Shown one piece after another: positions 27,126 to 37,315 of a DNA stretch of 64,000 nucleotides; the first letter of the stretch is position 1, and the number at the start of each line of letters is the position of its first letter. The translations under genes were made by a program, and so were the position numbers. The notes beneath the pieces are model-generated. The model made no database searches. It saw only the letters and a list, made by a program, of their open reading frames with translations, and was not told where the DNA came from. This DNA comes from Candidatus Dojkabacteria bacterium (GTDB taxonomy: Bacteria > Patescibacteriota > Dojkabacteria > JAHIVN01), in contig JAFGDO010000030.1 in the NCBI GenBank assembly GCA_016932045.1, forward strand, positions 10,172 through 74,171, in the 5' to 3' direction.

Positions 27126-28537
27126 TACTCTTTAAAAAAGGTAACTAATTTGAAAGACAAAGGTAAAAGCAGATCTACGATGAGCCATGTGACAGAGATG
27201 CCTATGAGTATAGCTAAGGCGACATTCGCGAAATTCCATAGAGCGAATACTTTAAATATTAAAAGGATAATAGCAGAAGCATAGGTAACATTTAGAAGGA
27301 GCTTCAGTATCTCATGACTTCGTGTAAAATCCCATCTTTGTCCTTCTGTTCTTTTATTTTCTCTGAAAGAATTCTGAATAACCTTAAAGAGCATACCTAT
27401 AAATACACCTAAAGTTGTAATGAGTGCTAGAACCGAAACCATAGTTATCTTTACAGAAAAAAGTTTTAGACAGGCAATAACAAACAAACCATAATAAAAC
27501 ACAAGTATAAGGCCAATAACGCCATCATACTTGTAAAGTACTATCATAACCAGAGCAGACAAGAATGCCACAATAGTACAGCCGAGAAGGATTTTCTGAA
27601 GTATGTCCTGACCGATAGATCCTGCAATATCAACCCCTTCATCGGCTTCGAGTTCTACAGGCAAAGGTCCATACTGAATGATAGCACCATAAATTAAGGC
27701 TATTTTTTCATCAGGAAGTCCTGCAATTTGAATGCTTAGAGCTTTCCCGTAAGTTTGGAGTGTTTCCCCAAGGTCTTTACCGTCAATAGGCAAGATTTGT
27801 GAATCTAGCACCCCAATAATAGATTTTCCAAAATATACATAAATATTATTTGTTAATTCATTTACTTGGTGATCATCGAGTATGATCCGAAGATCATAGA
27901 CCTCTTCCTCACTTCCGGGAATCAAGCCTGCAGTCGATGAATCAGAAGAAGGACTGACTTTAAATCCTTTCATCTGATTCCCATCAATATTCAAGCTGTC
28001 ATAACTCTGTTTAAGAAACGCTTTTATTGGGTCATCTTCATCTTCGCCAATAATAACTCCCTCATCACCTTCAGTAGGTGTTAGCTTTTCTCCCCAAACT
28101 TCAAACTTACCCCTCGCAAATATACTCGTCTTATATTCTTCAAATTCATCCTTGTTTTCTTCTACCCTTATGACTAAAAAAAACTCCTCTCCTTCTTTAG
28201 TATAATTAACACTGCTTTCGGGATATCCAGCTTTTTCAAACCTCAAACGGATCAGATCAGTTGCATCTCGTACCTTTTGAAGCTTTTCCTCTTCTCCCTC
28301 ATCAAATAAAACCTTCACTCTGTACTCACTACCGCCAGTAAAATCCCGGCCCATATCAAGATCCAATTCTTTATCAGATACACCAAAAGTAAGATCCGAT
28401 AACTTAAGCCCTTCCCACATTTTGTGGTAATGAAAGTTACCCATATCAATATTGATCCAGCGGTTAGGCCATACAATGAGTACCAAAAGAAAAGTTACAA
28501 ATAACAGAAGTATGTAGTAAATTAGATATTTTTTCAT
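27125..28537 (-). CDS. hypothetical membrane protein (N-terminal TM, large extracytoplasmic domain, C-terminal multi-TM bundle)
   Basis: 470 aa. Topology is SecD-like but conserved SecD motifs are not convincing. Confidence 0.4.
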   Translation of the reverse strand: MKKYLIYYILLLFVTFLLVLIVWPNRWINIDMGNFHYHKMWEGLKLSDLTFGVSDKELDLDMGRDFTGGSEYRVKVLFDEGEEEKLQKVRDATDLIRLRFEKAGYPESSVNYTKEGEEFFLVIRVEENKDEFEEYKTSIFARGKFEVWGEKLTPTEGDEGVIIGEDEDDPIKAFLKQSYDSLNIDGNQMKGFKVSPSSDSSTAGLIPGSEEEVYDLRIILDDHQVNELTNNIYVYFGKSIIGVLDSQILPIDGKDLGETLQTYGKALSIQIAGLPDEKIALIYGAIIQYGPLPVELEADEGVDIAGSIGQDILQKILLGCTIVAFLSALVMIVLYKYDGVIGLILVFYYGLFVIACLKLFSVKITMVSVLALITTLGVFIGMLFKVIQNSFRENKRTEGQRWDFTRSHEILKLLLNVTYASAIILLIFKVFALWNFANVALAILIGISVTWLIVDLLLPLSFKLVTFFKE

Positions 28538-28620
28538 ATAGGGAGTTTAGTAACTCAACAATGGGATTCTACCATACAAACAAGGGAAATTAAAACGCAC
28601 TTGCTATTAATTACCATTTA

Positions 28621-28645
28621 TGGACGAAGGCTAAACCTTCGTCCA
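28621..28645. repeat. palindromic hairpin TGGACGAAGG-CTAAA-CCTTCGTCCA (same family as 3559..3581)
   Basis: Perfect 10-bp inverted repeat. Confidence 0.55.
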
Positions 28646-28661
28646 CCTTGGTGACAAGTAT

Positions 28662-29171
28662 TTACTTCCTCAATAAAAACTTAGACTTCGCTTTATCCAT
28701 ATCAACAAAATCATCTACAACTTCAGTCAATGCCTTTGAACAGGTCTTACCAAAAGCCATAACTTCAACTAGACAACCTTCAGACTGCTGAAGATATGTT
28801 ACAACCGGAATATAGTCTCCATCACCACTTATAAGAACAATTGAGTCGACCTTTTTGCCTAGACGAATAGCGTCCATTGTAATGCCAACATCCCAGTCAC
28901 CCTTCTTTGCTCCCCCAGGGAATATCTGAAGATCTTTTTCCTTAACCTCAAACCCTGATTTATTCAAAGCTTCAAAAAAGTCCTTCTCCTTTGCAACAAC
29001 ATCTGTCTTGATAACGTAGGCTATTGCACGCGTGAGAACACGCCCTGAAACAGCCTCGATCAATAAATTCTTGAAATTCACCTTTGCCTTATAAAGATGC
29101 TTCGCACTGTAGTAAAGGTTCTGTACATCAACAAGTACAGCAACTCTTTGGTCTTTATTTCTAACAATCAT
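28662..29171 (-). CDS. NYN (LabA-like/DUF88) domain protein
   Basis: 169 aa. VAVLVDVQNLYYS...D..I.MD......D.IVLISGDGDYIP pattern of the NYN/PIN-like nuclease fold. Confidence 0.6.
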   Translation of the reverse strand: MIVRNKDQRVAVLVDVQNLYYSAKHLYKAKVNFKNLLIEAVSGRVLTRAIAYVIKTDVVAKEKDFFEALNKSGFEVKEKDLQIFPGGAKKGDWDVGITMDAIRLGKKVDSIVLISGDGDYIPVVTYLQQSEGCLVEVMAFGKTCSKALTEVVDDFVDMDKAKSKFLLRK

Positions 29172-29353
29172 AATTAAAATTAGTAAAATAAGTTATACAC
29201 ACTAAAATATATTATTTCCCGAGATAATTTACTCTAAATATTATACCAGAATTAAATTAAAGATATGAGTTATGAGATAACAAATACTAGATATGGGTTA
29301 TTATATATAAGATATAAGATTTAAGATAAAAGTTGTACCAGCCAGAGGCTTGA

Positions 29354-29500
29354 CATAGTTGCATAGTTTCCGCACTAGGCGGCTCCGTCTCGGGCAGGAG
29401 ATAGTTGGATGGCCGGATGGTTGAATGAGTCGATTGCTGTCTTATCCCTTCTACTTTCTACCCCTAACCTGAATTATTAATCGAAAATTGTAGATTGTTT
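29354..29500 (-). repeat. composite dispersed intergenic element, copy b
   Basis: GC module CATAGTTTCCGCACTAGGCGGCTCCGTCTCGGGCAGGAGATAG... at 29354..29425 and AT module AATTATTAATCGAAAATTGTAGATTGTT at 29473..29500. Confidence 0.6.
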
Positions 29501-29533
29501 ATTGCAGGTTGAAAACATTGTATAATCGAATAA

Positions 29534-31003
29534 TTAAGTGCCTTCCTCTTCTACTATAACCCCCTTTTTTAGTGTAATTACCCTATCTACTCCGACACTC
29601 CTTACAAAATATCTATCATGAGAGATCAAAAGAACGGCACCTTTAAATTCTCTTAAAGAATCTTCTATAACCTCTTTCGTTTTTACATCAAGATGATTTG
29701 TAGGTTCATCAAGTATCAAGAAGTCATAAGAGTGCTGAGCAAAAACAGCAAAAGAAAGTCTTGCCCGTTCTCCCGGACTTAGCATTTTCAACTTTGCTGT
29801 TCGATACTCTTTGGGGAATAAAAATTTTTCCAAAACGCCAAAAGATCTCTCGTACGGTATTTTAGCGTTCTCAATAAAAAAATTTTCAACAGTTTCTTCC
29901 ATATCAAGGTGAGTTTGATCCTGAGAAAAATATGTCCAATCGATATTTTCACCCCACCTAATTTCCCCGCCAACGGATTTGAGATCACCCATAAGCAACT
30001 TGATGAAAGTTGTCTTACCTATACCATTCGCACCAAAGAACCAGATCTTTTCACTTCCGTAAATCGACAGACTACTGCCATTTATAATATTTTTTCCTCT
30101 TTGATAGGCAAATGAAATATCGTCGACTTCAATAATATTTTTATGTTTATGTACATAGCCGTCTATCTTAAATTCGCTAAGCCGTCTTTCTTCATACTCT
30201 TCTACCCGCCTTTCTTCCACCTCTCTTCTGAATCTCGTTTTTGCAGCTTTTACAGCCTTACCTCTTTTTCTGGCACTTTTAACAGCCCTTGCGTGATCCA
30301 AAAGCTGTTCCAATTGCTTTTTCTTTCTCTCAAAAGCAGTGAACTCTTTAGCACGGTTTTCTATATATTTCGCTTTCCCAAGCAAGAAGTCATCATAATT
30401 CCCCTCAAAAACAAGAAGCTTCTGTTCATCGATTTCAAATATATGGTCGGTGACATGATTCAAGAATTCTCTATCGTGAGATATAACAATACATATTCCT
30501 TCAAAATTTTTTATAAATTCTTCAAACCAAATTATCCCTTTTATATCTAGATGGTTCGTTGGCTCATCAAGAAGAAGGATAGTGGGTTCTTTGATTAAAA
30601 GCTCAACAAGTTTAAGTTTCATTTTCTGACCTTCGCTTAAATTCTTTACATACTGATAGTGATCAATACCCGATAGATTCAACCGAGATAATATAATATC
30701 TATCTTGTACATTTCACTATGGGGGTCATCAATGAGACTTTCAAAAAATTCACCAACAAGTAAATCCTGATCAAAAGAAAACTCCTGCGCAAGATACCCC
30801 AGTCTTTCATTGACTACCTCAACCCTTCCCGTATCAGCTCTTTCAATTCCGGCGATGATTTTAAGAAGTGTCGATTTCCCGCACCCATTAAGGCCGACAA
30901 GTCCTACCTTCTCTTTGTTGCCAAGGATGAATGTTACATGATCAAACAGCGGATCAATATATTGTTTTGAGATATTTTCAAGTTTTAGCATAGAATAATT
31001 CAC
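29534..31003 (-). CDS. ABC-F family ATPase (two fused ABC nucleotide-binding domains, no TM domain)
   Basis: 489 aa. Two Walker A/B sets and two signature motifs (LSEGQKMKL, LSPGERARL) with an inter-domain linker. Confidence 0.8.
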   Translation of the reverse strand: MNYSMLKLENISKQYIDPLFDHVTFILGNKEKVGLVGLNGCGKSTLLKIIAGIERADTGRVEVVNERLGYLAQEFSFDQDLLVGEFFESLIDDPHSEMYKIDIILSRLNLSGIDHYQYVKNLSEGQKMKLKLVELLIKEPTILLLDEPTNHLDIKGIIWFEEFIKNFEGICIVISHDREFLNHVTDHIFEIDEQKLLVFEGNYDDFLLGKAKYIENRAKEFTAFERKKKQLEQLLDHARAVKSARKRGKAVKAAKTRFRREVEERRVEEYEERRLSEFKIDGYVHKHKNIIEVDDISFAYQRGKNIINGSSLSIYGSEKIWFFGANGIGKTTFIKLLMGDLKSVGGEIRWGENIDWTYFSQDQTHLDMEETVENFFIENAKIPYERSFGVLEKFLFPKEYRTAKLKMLSPGERARLSFAVFAQHSYDFLILDEPTNHLDVKTKEVIEDSLREFKGAVLLISHDRYFVRSVGVDRVITLKKGVIVEEEGT

Positions 31004-31137
31004 ATAAAACAGGGGAAATTATAACACAGATTCAGAGGAGAATATTGCCAGATCGTGATTAATCATGTTCTATGCTATAAAAAAGCAAATTGAACCCAGA
31101 AGGGTTCAATTTGCTTCACACTGTTTCAATTAAGCAC

Positions 31138-32910
31138 TTACGGCATTGTTTTACTTACATTAGCACTATATGGATCACAGTATCCGCTTCGATAAGCACC
31201 TACCCTAAAATGATAGGTAGTTCCAGAAGCAAGACCAGTAACTGTAAAGTTCCTCGAGCCGCTACTCATATACTGACAACCATCATCTGGATAAGTCGGA
31301 TTAGCATGAGTTGACCAACAAACCTTGTAACCATTTGGTGCCTCACTTCCTACAGGCGACCAGTTTACTGTCACCTTATACGTTGAACCCTCACAGACCG
31401 GCTCTTCCAATGAAATATTGATCGCGGTTGGATATGTTCCCTCACCCTTAACCTCGCCTTCCACCGTCACTGTTTTGTAGTTAGTTGTATACATTATACA
31501 TTGACCATTGCCATTGTATATACATACTCTAACATTGTAGGTTCCAGCTGGTAATCCTGTTATATATGCTTCCCTTGCACCTGAACTGCTTACATAAGCA
31601 AACTTATCCCCTGGATAAACCGGCATCTTACCTACTGCAGCAACAGCTTTGAAACCACTTGGTGCACTATAACCGCTCATTGCCCACTTAACATAAATCT
31701 TTCCGGCGGCAGGCGATGATACTGAAGATACATAGAAATAGCTATTTGGCCCCGGCTCCGGAGTTTGAGCACTCTTACGAATCACCATTACACTGACCTC
31801 TGTTGAGTTCCAGTATATATCATATGCTCTTACTGTTATGGTATTTTCGCCTTCTACCAAAGCCACATCTACATCAAATGTACCATCAGCAGGATCAAAA
31901 CCTTTACCATTCTCGTCTTTCGAAGTATAGATTTGACCATTTACAACTATCTTTCTCAGAGCACTTTCAGTATCAGTTACAGTCCCAGTAACTGTTATAG
32001 CTTCACCATCAGTTTCAGTGCCATCGGCAGGACTTGTGATAGTCACTGTTGGTCCATTCTCTTCATGACACTGTACTCCTGCCTCTTTATCTTTCTCCTT
32101 ATTCCATTCTGCAAATTCTTCCTTAAATTCTTCCTCTGTCATCTCTTCAACAGTTACATTCTCATTCTCAACATTAACAATAGCTTTATTTAGTTCTGCA
32201 ACCTTAGTTTCATCAATGTTTAGCTTCACTTGACTTTCATATACAAAAACCTCAACCTGTTTCTGTTCTTCATTTGTAGAAAACTTATATGCCGTACCCA
32301 TTGCCCTAGCTTCTACACCTTGAGATTTTATAGTATAGGTATTCTCATCTGAACTTGCTACTCTACTGTAGCTTTCTCCTCTAAGTTGTTCAAAAACAAC
32401 TGCTGAAGGATTCATACCTTCAAGCCTTACTTCACTATCAGCATTTAATCTAACTGCGTCACCATTATCAAGTTCTAGTACTGCACGCGATTCGCTCCCG
32501 GTCTTCACCGTATCACCCTGACTTAATGTATCTCCCTGTTTCGCCTCCATCCATCTATCATCCCCAGCCTTTCTTACTTCGACTTCTCCATCTGCTACAG
32601 CCAAATTGGCTGCAAGTAAAACTTCTTTTTGCTCTTCCTGCTTTGCTTTTCTGGTAAGAAGATAAACTCCTCCGCCAGCAAAAAGAGCAACGAAAGCCAG
32701 CACAGCAAAAGATGCTAGAGCCACTTTCCAGGTAAGAGTAATAGATTTAAGTTTAGCCATGAATGAACCTCCTTGAGCTGAATTTATATAACTTTCGTAA
32801 AGCTGTTCGCGGAGAGATTCCTTGAACCCCTGGTCGACAACAAGAGTTTTAGAATCTACGCTTTTTGCTTCAATGAGCAAGTTTTCTAAATTTTTATAAT
32901 TTTCTTTCAT
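31138..32910 (-). CDS. putative anti-sigma factor (single TM, FecR-like segment, C-terminal fibronectin-III-like domains)
   Basis: 590 aa immediately downstream of the ECF sigma gene on the same strand. TM at aa 60-85. Repeated beta-rich modules with Y..RV.AY...G.C pattern. Confidence 0.45.
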   Translation of the reverse strand: MKENYKNLENLLIEAKSVDSKTLVVDQGFKESLREQLYESYINSAQGGSFMAKLKSITLTWKVALASFAVLAFVALFAGGGVYLLTRKAKQEEQKEVLLAANLAVADGEVEVRKAGDDRWMEAKQGDTLSQGDTVKTGSESRAVLELDNGDAVRLNADSEVRLEGMNPSAVVFEQLRGESYSRVASSDENTYTIKSQGVEARAMGTAYKFSTNEEQKQVEVFVYESQVKLNIDETKVAELNKAIVNVENENVTVEEMTEEEFKEEFAEWNKEKDKEAGVQCHEENGPTVTITSPADGTETDGEAITVTGTVTDTESALRKIVVNGQIYTSKDENGKGFDPADGTFDVDVALVEGENTITVRAYDIYWNSTEVSVMVIRKSAQTPEPGPNSYFYVSSVSSPAAGKIYVKWAMSGYSAPSGFKAVAAVGKMPVYPGDKFAYVSSSGAREAYITGLPAGTYNVRVCIYNGNGQCIMYTTNYKTVTVEGEVKGEGTYPTAINISLEEPVCEGSTYKVTVNWSPVGSEAPNGYKVCWSTHANPTYPDDGCQYMSSGSRNFTVTGLASGTTYHFRVGAYRSGYCDPYSANVSKTMP

Positions 32911-32937
32911 ATATAAATTTTTTAATGTATTTAATAA

Positions 32938-33498
32938 TCAAATTTCTACATTTAATACTTCAAGAAGATTTTCCTTCTCCAATATCTTTTTAAAAGCTTT
33001 CAGACTTCTATGCAATTTAACTGCAAGAGTTTCTTTTTTACATCCTAAAACCTCTGCCATCTCCTCATTTGATAATTCCTCAAAAAACTTTAAAGAAAGA
33101 ATTTCCTGATATTGTTTCGGAAGCTTTTTTAGGGCCTCTAGTATAATTGCTTGTCTTTCTGATTTCTCGGCTTCTTTATCTGTCCTGTCTTTTGACTCTA
33201 CTTCACTTAGATCGATAATGTTCAGTGAAGGATTCTTCCTGTAATAATCCATTAAATTGTTATGAGCGATTCTATATAGCCACGCACCAAATGAAAAACC
33301 CTTGTACCTAAAAGTCTTAATCTTTGTCATGGCCTTTATAAAAGTTTGGCTCGTCACATCTTCAGAAATCTGCTTGTTTGCTGTACGATTCAATACATAA
33401 GCGAAAATCCTAGGCAGATAATACTCATAAAGCTGATCAAAGGCCTTCAAAGACTCTTTAGCCTGTTCAACTAGTTTTTGCTCTCGAGCAAGATCCAT
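32938..33498 (-). CDS. ECF-type RNA polymerase sigma-70 factor
   Basis: 186 aa. Region 2 (YVLNRT...DVTSQTFIKAM) and region 4 HTH (EILSLKFFEELSNEEMAEVLGCKKETLAVKLHR). Confidence 0.8.
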   Translation of the reverse strand: MDLAREQKLVEQAKESLKAFDQLYEYYLPRIFAYVLNRTANKQISEDVTSQTFIKAMTKIKTFRYKGFSFGAWLYRIAHNNLMDYYRKNPSLNIIDLSEVESKDRTDKEAEKSERQAIILEALKKLPKQYQEILSLKFFEELSNEEMAEVLGCKKETLAVKLHRSLKAFKKILEKENLLEVLNVEI

Positions 33499-33586
33499 AC
33501 CAAAACCTATAATTTAAGTACTTAATTGAAGATTTAATTATGTAACGAAGATTATACAGGAAAAATTACACCTTTTAAAAGTGACA

Positions 33587-35785
33587 TTATCGAGCCAAGG
33601 TGCTAATGCCTTTTACTTCATAACTTACAACAAGATCCAATTTCATCTCACAATCAACAATAAGTATCTTGCCCCTATCTACAACACACGCTACATCAAG
33701 TTCCAAAATCTGAGGAAAGTCTTGCGGAATTTTTGTTATCTTTTGAACAAACGCTAAAAGATCCTGAGTAAATTTCTCTGATTTCAATCCGGGTCTATAA
33801 CCAAAATACTTAGCATAAGGAAAAGATTCCAGATCCTTCTCAAACTGCTCCCTTGTTATTGGAAGTAGTCGTCTGATAGCGTCTGTTATTTTAAGACCTT
33901 CAACTTGGAATTCAAAAAAATAGCCAAAGCTAAGCTTATCAAGGTCTTTAATTGAAAAGCCTTTCTCGCGGTGCTCATAATACGTATCTTTAAGAATTGT
34001 AATTTTGAACTTCCTTCTTCCCCTATACAGTTTCTTTACGATATGATCAGTAAACCTATGACCTTCTCCTTCCTCTAGTTTCAAGAAGTGATCTTCATAA
34101 GCTCTCTTAAGCTGATCCTTCTTATAGGTGACCTTCCCGATTCCATTCGTAAGACACAGAAATTCAACCGGATATTCCTGTTCTTCGGCAAAATCAAGCG
34201 CATCCGTTAAACTCTTTAAGAGTCTCATATTACTGGTATCCATACCGTAGTACCTCAATATGTCAAAACACTGATCAACTCTCAGTCCCATTTGTTTATC
34301 TACCCTTGCTTTTTCTATAAGCTCTAAAATTTTTATAGATCTAGTCTTATCAAGAATTCTTTGATACGCATAGCGAGACGATACCTGACTGCCGAATTTG
34401 ATCCACGTAAAATATTCATACATCTTTGCAAGCGTAAAGATAGCCCTGTCGACACTGTTAAATGCAGGTATAAAATACTTTGATAATGCTTTTATGCCTT
34501 TCTCAACACCTTCATAACCCATAAAAGCTGCAATTATCGTCTTGCCGTGTTCGCGTGCGAGCCTTCCTATGACTTCAGCCGACTCCTCGATCTGAGTCAT
34601 GACTTGAGGAGATAGGATCACAACAACCGAGTTCACATCCGGATCGCCAAGCACAATATCTAACGCTTTCAAGTAATTGAGTGAAAGAGCTTGGCCTCCA
34701 AGATCCACTACTCCTCTGCTTTGTCCCTTCCAGTCGAGTTCGCTGATAAGCATCCTTTTGACATCAGTAGAAAAATTTACTAGTCTAAGTCCTTTTCTAT
34801 AAAGTTGTTCAATGGCAAGTATGAGACCTCCTCCGGCATTTGAAACAATAGCTACATTACCTCCACGAGGCAGGACCTGCCATGAAAAGCCAAGAAGTAA
34901 ATCATAAAGCTCTTGCTGAGTGTATACTTTAATAGCACCACTCTGAGAAAGAGCTAGATCGATGACAGCATCTTTCTGTAGGACTGTTCCCGAGTGAGCA
35001 TAGATATACTCCCTTGTCTTAGGTGACTCTGATGGGATAAGAGCGACAAGTGGAACGGTCTTTGTAAATTTCTGAGCACTTTCAAGAAACTCCTTTCCGT
35101 CTGTAATGTTTTCAAGGTAGCAGCCAAGGACGGTAGGTTGGCCGTCTTTTCGTAAGGAACTGTAATAGTCGAGGATATTTATTTCGTTTACATCCGATTT
35201 ATTTCCAAAACCAAGGATTTCTGAAAATCCAAGCGAGTAAAATTGAGAATATTCAAGCAAAGCATTAATTAGAGCTCCTGATTGGGATATAAATACTGCC
35301 TTGCCCTCCTTCGGCATATCCGGACTGAAAGTAGCATTTAAAAGCTTTGATGTAGAAATTAGACCTAGAGAATTTGGACCCAGCACCCTGATACCTGCCT
35401 CATTTGCCATCTTTGTAATTTTTCGTTGAAGCGTAAGGCCATTTACTCCAGTCTCAGCAAAACCTTTTGATACGATGCAAATGTTATTTACCTTAGCTCG
35501 CGTACAGTCATATACATCATCAATGACCCGATCAGATGGTGTAGCAATGATTGCAAGGTCAACTTCCTCTTTAATATTCTTAATTGAAGAATATGTGTCG
35601 AAATCATATAGCTGTGAAAGCTTCTCATTCACAGGAAAAACACGGCCTTTGTACCCACCGAGAATAATATTTCGAAGTATGTAAGACCCAAGATCTTCGG
35701 GATTGGATGTAGCACCAGTAATAGCGACTGAACTAGGCGAAAGAAGTGATGTTATATTTGAGTTTCGGGCAGTCATAAAATCCAA
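33587..35785 (-). CDS. ADP-forming acyl-CoA (acetyl-CoA) synthetase, fused alpha/beta (CoA-binding, CoA-ligase, ATP-grasp)
   Basis: 732 aa. N-terminal CoA-binding Rossmann (VAITGATS), succinyl-CoA-synthetase-like His loop (AHSGT), C-terminal ATP-grasp. Confidence 0.65.
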   Translation of the reverse strand: MDFMTARNSNITSLLSPSSVAITGATSNPEDLGSYILRNIILGGYKGRVFPVNEKLSQLYDFDTYSSIKNIKEEVDLAIIATPSDRVIDDVYDCTRAKVNNICIVSKGFAETGVNGLTLQRKITKMANEAGIRVLGPNSLGLISTSKLLNATFSPDMPKEGKAVFISQSGALINALLEYSQFYSLGFSEILGFGNKSDVNEINILDYYSSLRKDGQPTVLGCYLENITDGKEFLESAQKFTKTVPLVALIPSESPKTREYIYAHSGTVLQKDAVIDLALSQSGAIKVYTQQELYDLLLGFSWQVLPRGGNVAIVSNAGGGLILAIEQLYRKGLRLVNFSTDVKRMLISELDWKGQSRGVVDLGGQALSLNYLKALDIVLGDPDVNSVVVILSPQVMTQIEESAEVIGRLAREHGKTIIAAFMGYEGVEKGIKALSKYFIPAFNSVDRAIFTLAKMYEYFTWIKFGSQVSSRYAYQRILDKTRSIKILELIEKARVDKQMGLRVDQCFDILRYYGMDTSNMRLLKSLTDALDFAEEQEYPVEFLCLTNGIGKVTYKKDQLKRAYEDHFLKLEEGEGHRFTDHIVKKLYRGRRKFKITILKDTYYEHREKGFSIKDLDKLSFGYFFEFQVEGLKITDAIRRLLPITREQFEKDLESFPYAKYFGYRPGLKSEKFTQDLLAFVQKITKIPQDFPQILELDVACVVDRGKILIVDCEMKLDLVVSYEVKGISTLAR

Positions 35786-36053
35786 TTATAAAATACTATA
35801 TTCAAATAAATTATTTCTAATTTGATTTTATGGTAAGGAATTTGGAAAATTCCCGAACCATAAGTTCTAATTAATAATCAGGAGTATATTAGCATAAAAT
35901 TTGTTTAGAAAAAATATACCATTAGGAATAAATTAAAATACTCAACTAAAGTACATATCATCTAAATACTCCAACAAAAGCACCCCAACCGACAACAATT
36001 AAGTTATCTGAGGTGCTCTTTTGTAAGCAAAAACATAACCTTTTGCTTATATA

Positions 36054-36995
36054 TTATTTAGTCGCCTCCTGCATATACCAACATTTCCATCGTTCTAAAA
36101 CCTCCTTTCTTAAATTTTTTGAAATATAAATTAATGTTTTCTGTGGAATTTCTCCCATAATTGTCTCCTTTAAATTTCCCTCGTTAAAAATATCCTCGAT
36201 TTTTCCATCATACAAATTGCCAACTAATTCTCCTTTTAAGCATTTCTGATCCGGATATACCCTTCCATCATAATCTACATAAAATACTTTTTTAGGTAAC
36301 TTCAATTCTCCTTTTATATAGTGAACTACTAAATCATTACCTCCAATAAGATGCGAATACTCCTGCTTATTAAATAGAATTACCAACTTTTTATACAATT
36401 TATCAACAGAAATAACATCATCTTCATTTAAATATTCCCTCGCATAACCTTCGAACCTTAATACATTCGTCGAAATACCTTGAACACCCAAGTTGAGACA
36501 AAAATCAAATAACTTATCTAGATTAAAAAAGTTTTTCTTATGAACAACACACTTTACAACAATATACTTTATGTATTTCTGCAAAGTTTTAATTCCTTTT
36601 ACAACTTTCTCAAAGGACCCCTTTTCACGGAAATATTCGTGTGTTTCGGGATTCCAGCCATCTAATGATACCCTCGTACTTACATCGCATTTCCTCAAAA
36701 AAGACATTTTCTTCTCTTCTATAAAAGGAATCATCATTGCATTTGTTTGTAGTCTCAACGTCCACCCCAGATCTATTGAGAATCTAAGTATTTCAAAAAT
36801 ATCAGGGTGCATAAAAATCTCACCTCCCGTATACTGCACATATTTCTTTCCCAGAGAAGCCCTTTTATCAAAGAACTTTAGCACCTCGAATATTCTCTCT
36901 TTATCTAAAAACTCTGTTCTCTGATTAACAGCTGACTGAAAACAATAGCGACACCGAGTATTGCATGTATTTGTTAAGTTAAAACAAATACTATT
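36054..36995 (-). CDS. radical SAM protein; core begins directly after an in-frame TAG. A canonical ATG at 37052 is in frame upstream of that TAG (possible pseudogene or mis-start)
   Basis: The listed ORF starts at GTG 36884, but the in-frame upstream codons encode TCNTRCRYC (CX3CX2C). The GGE-like motif YTGGEIFMHPD follows. An 18-codon ATG-initiated ORF (37052..36999) is in the same frame, separated by a single TAG at 36998..36996. Confidence 0.55.
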   Translation of the reverse strand, partial: NSICFNLTNTCNTRCRYCFQSAVNQRTEFLDKERIFEVLKFFDKRASLGKKYVQYTGGEIFMHPDIFEILRFSIDLGWTLRLQTNAMMIPFIEEKKMSFLRKCDVSTRVSLDGWNPETHEYFREKGSFEKVVKGIKTLQKYIKYIVVKCVVHKKNFFNLDKLFDFCLNLGVQGISTNVLRFEGYAREYLNEDDVISVDKLYKKLVILFNKQEYSHLIGGNDLVVHYIKGELKLPKKVFYVDYDGRVYPDQKCLKGELVGNLYDGKIEDIFNEGNLKETIMGEIPQKTLIYISKNLRKEVLERWKCWYMQEATK

Positions 36996-37074
36996 CTAGA
37001 AATCATTTGTGCTCTTACTATCCTTAGGTAAGTACTTTTTAAAGTCCACCATTCTTTTCCTCACTAAAAATAAA

Positions 37075-37110
37075 AAAACTCCTCTTTTGAGGAGTCCTTT
37101 TGCTTTTTTA
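37075..37110. terminator. bidirectional intrinsic terminator: ACTCCTC-TTTTG-AGGAGT flanked by an A-run and a T-run
   Basis: 7-bp GC-containing stem with T6-7 on the plus strand and T7 on the minus strand. Confidence 0.5.
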
Positions 37111-37231
37111 TTTATTCTATTCCTATCTGATAACCCAGGAACTCCTCAGCTCTTACTTCGAGCAAGTACAAAAATAAGGTTTGTAATAAGGAGTTCTCTT
37201 CTCATTTCTTTTGCTTTAAATAAACCGAGGC

Positions 37232-37263
37232 TATTATATATACTTACGAAATATTTTGTCAAG
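37232..37263 (-). promoter_or_regulatory. sigma-70-like promoter TTGACA-N16-TATATAAT facing the radical SAM gene
   Basis: Read on the minus strand: cTTGACAaaatatttcgtaagtaTATATAATag. Confidence 0.4.
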
Positions 37264-37315
37264 GAATATTTTGAAGATCAAATGTTTTTTTAAATCTTTA
37301 TCTTGTATACTAATA

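Noticed and set aside
27125-28537. SecD assignment for the 470-aa membrane protein (and SecF for 26427..27125)
   Set aside because: Topology is similar, but the conserved SecD/SecF TM-region motifs are not convincingly present, and the downstream 232-aa protein does not resemble SecF.
37070-37230. SAM riboswitch upstream of the radical SAM gene
   Set aside because: The leader lacks the conserved SAM-I/SAM-II sequence blocks. Only generic hairpins are present.
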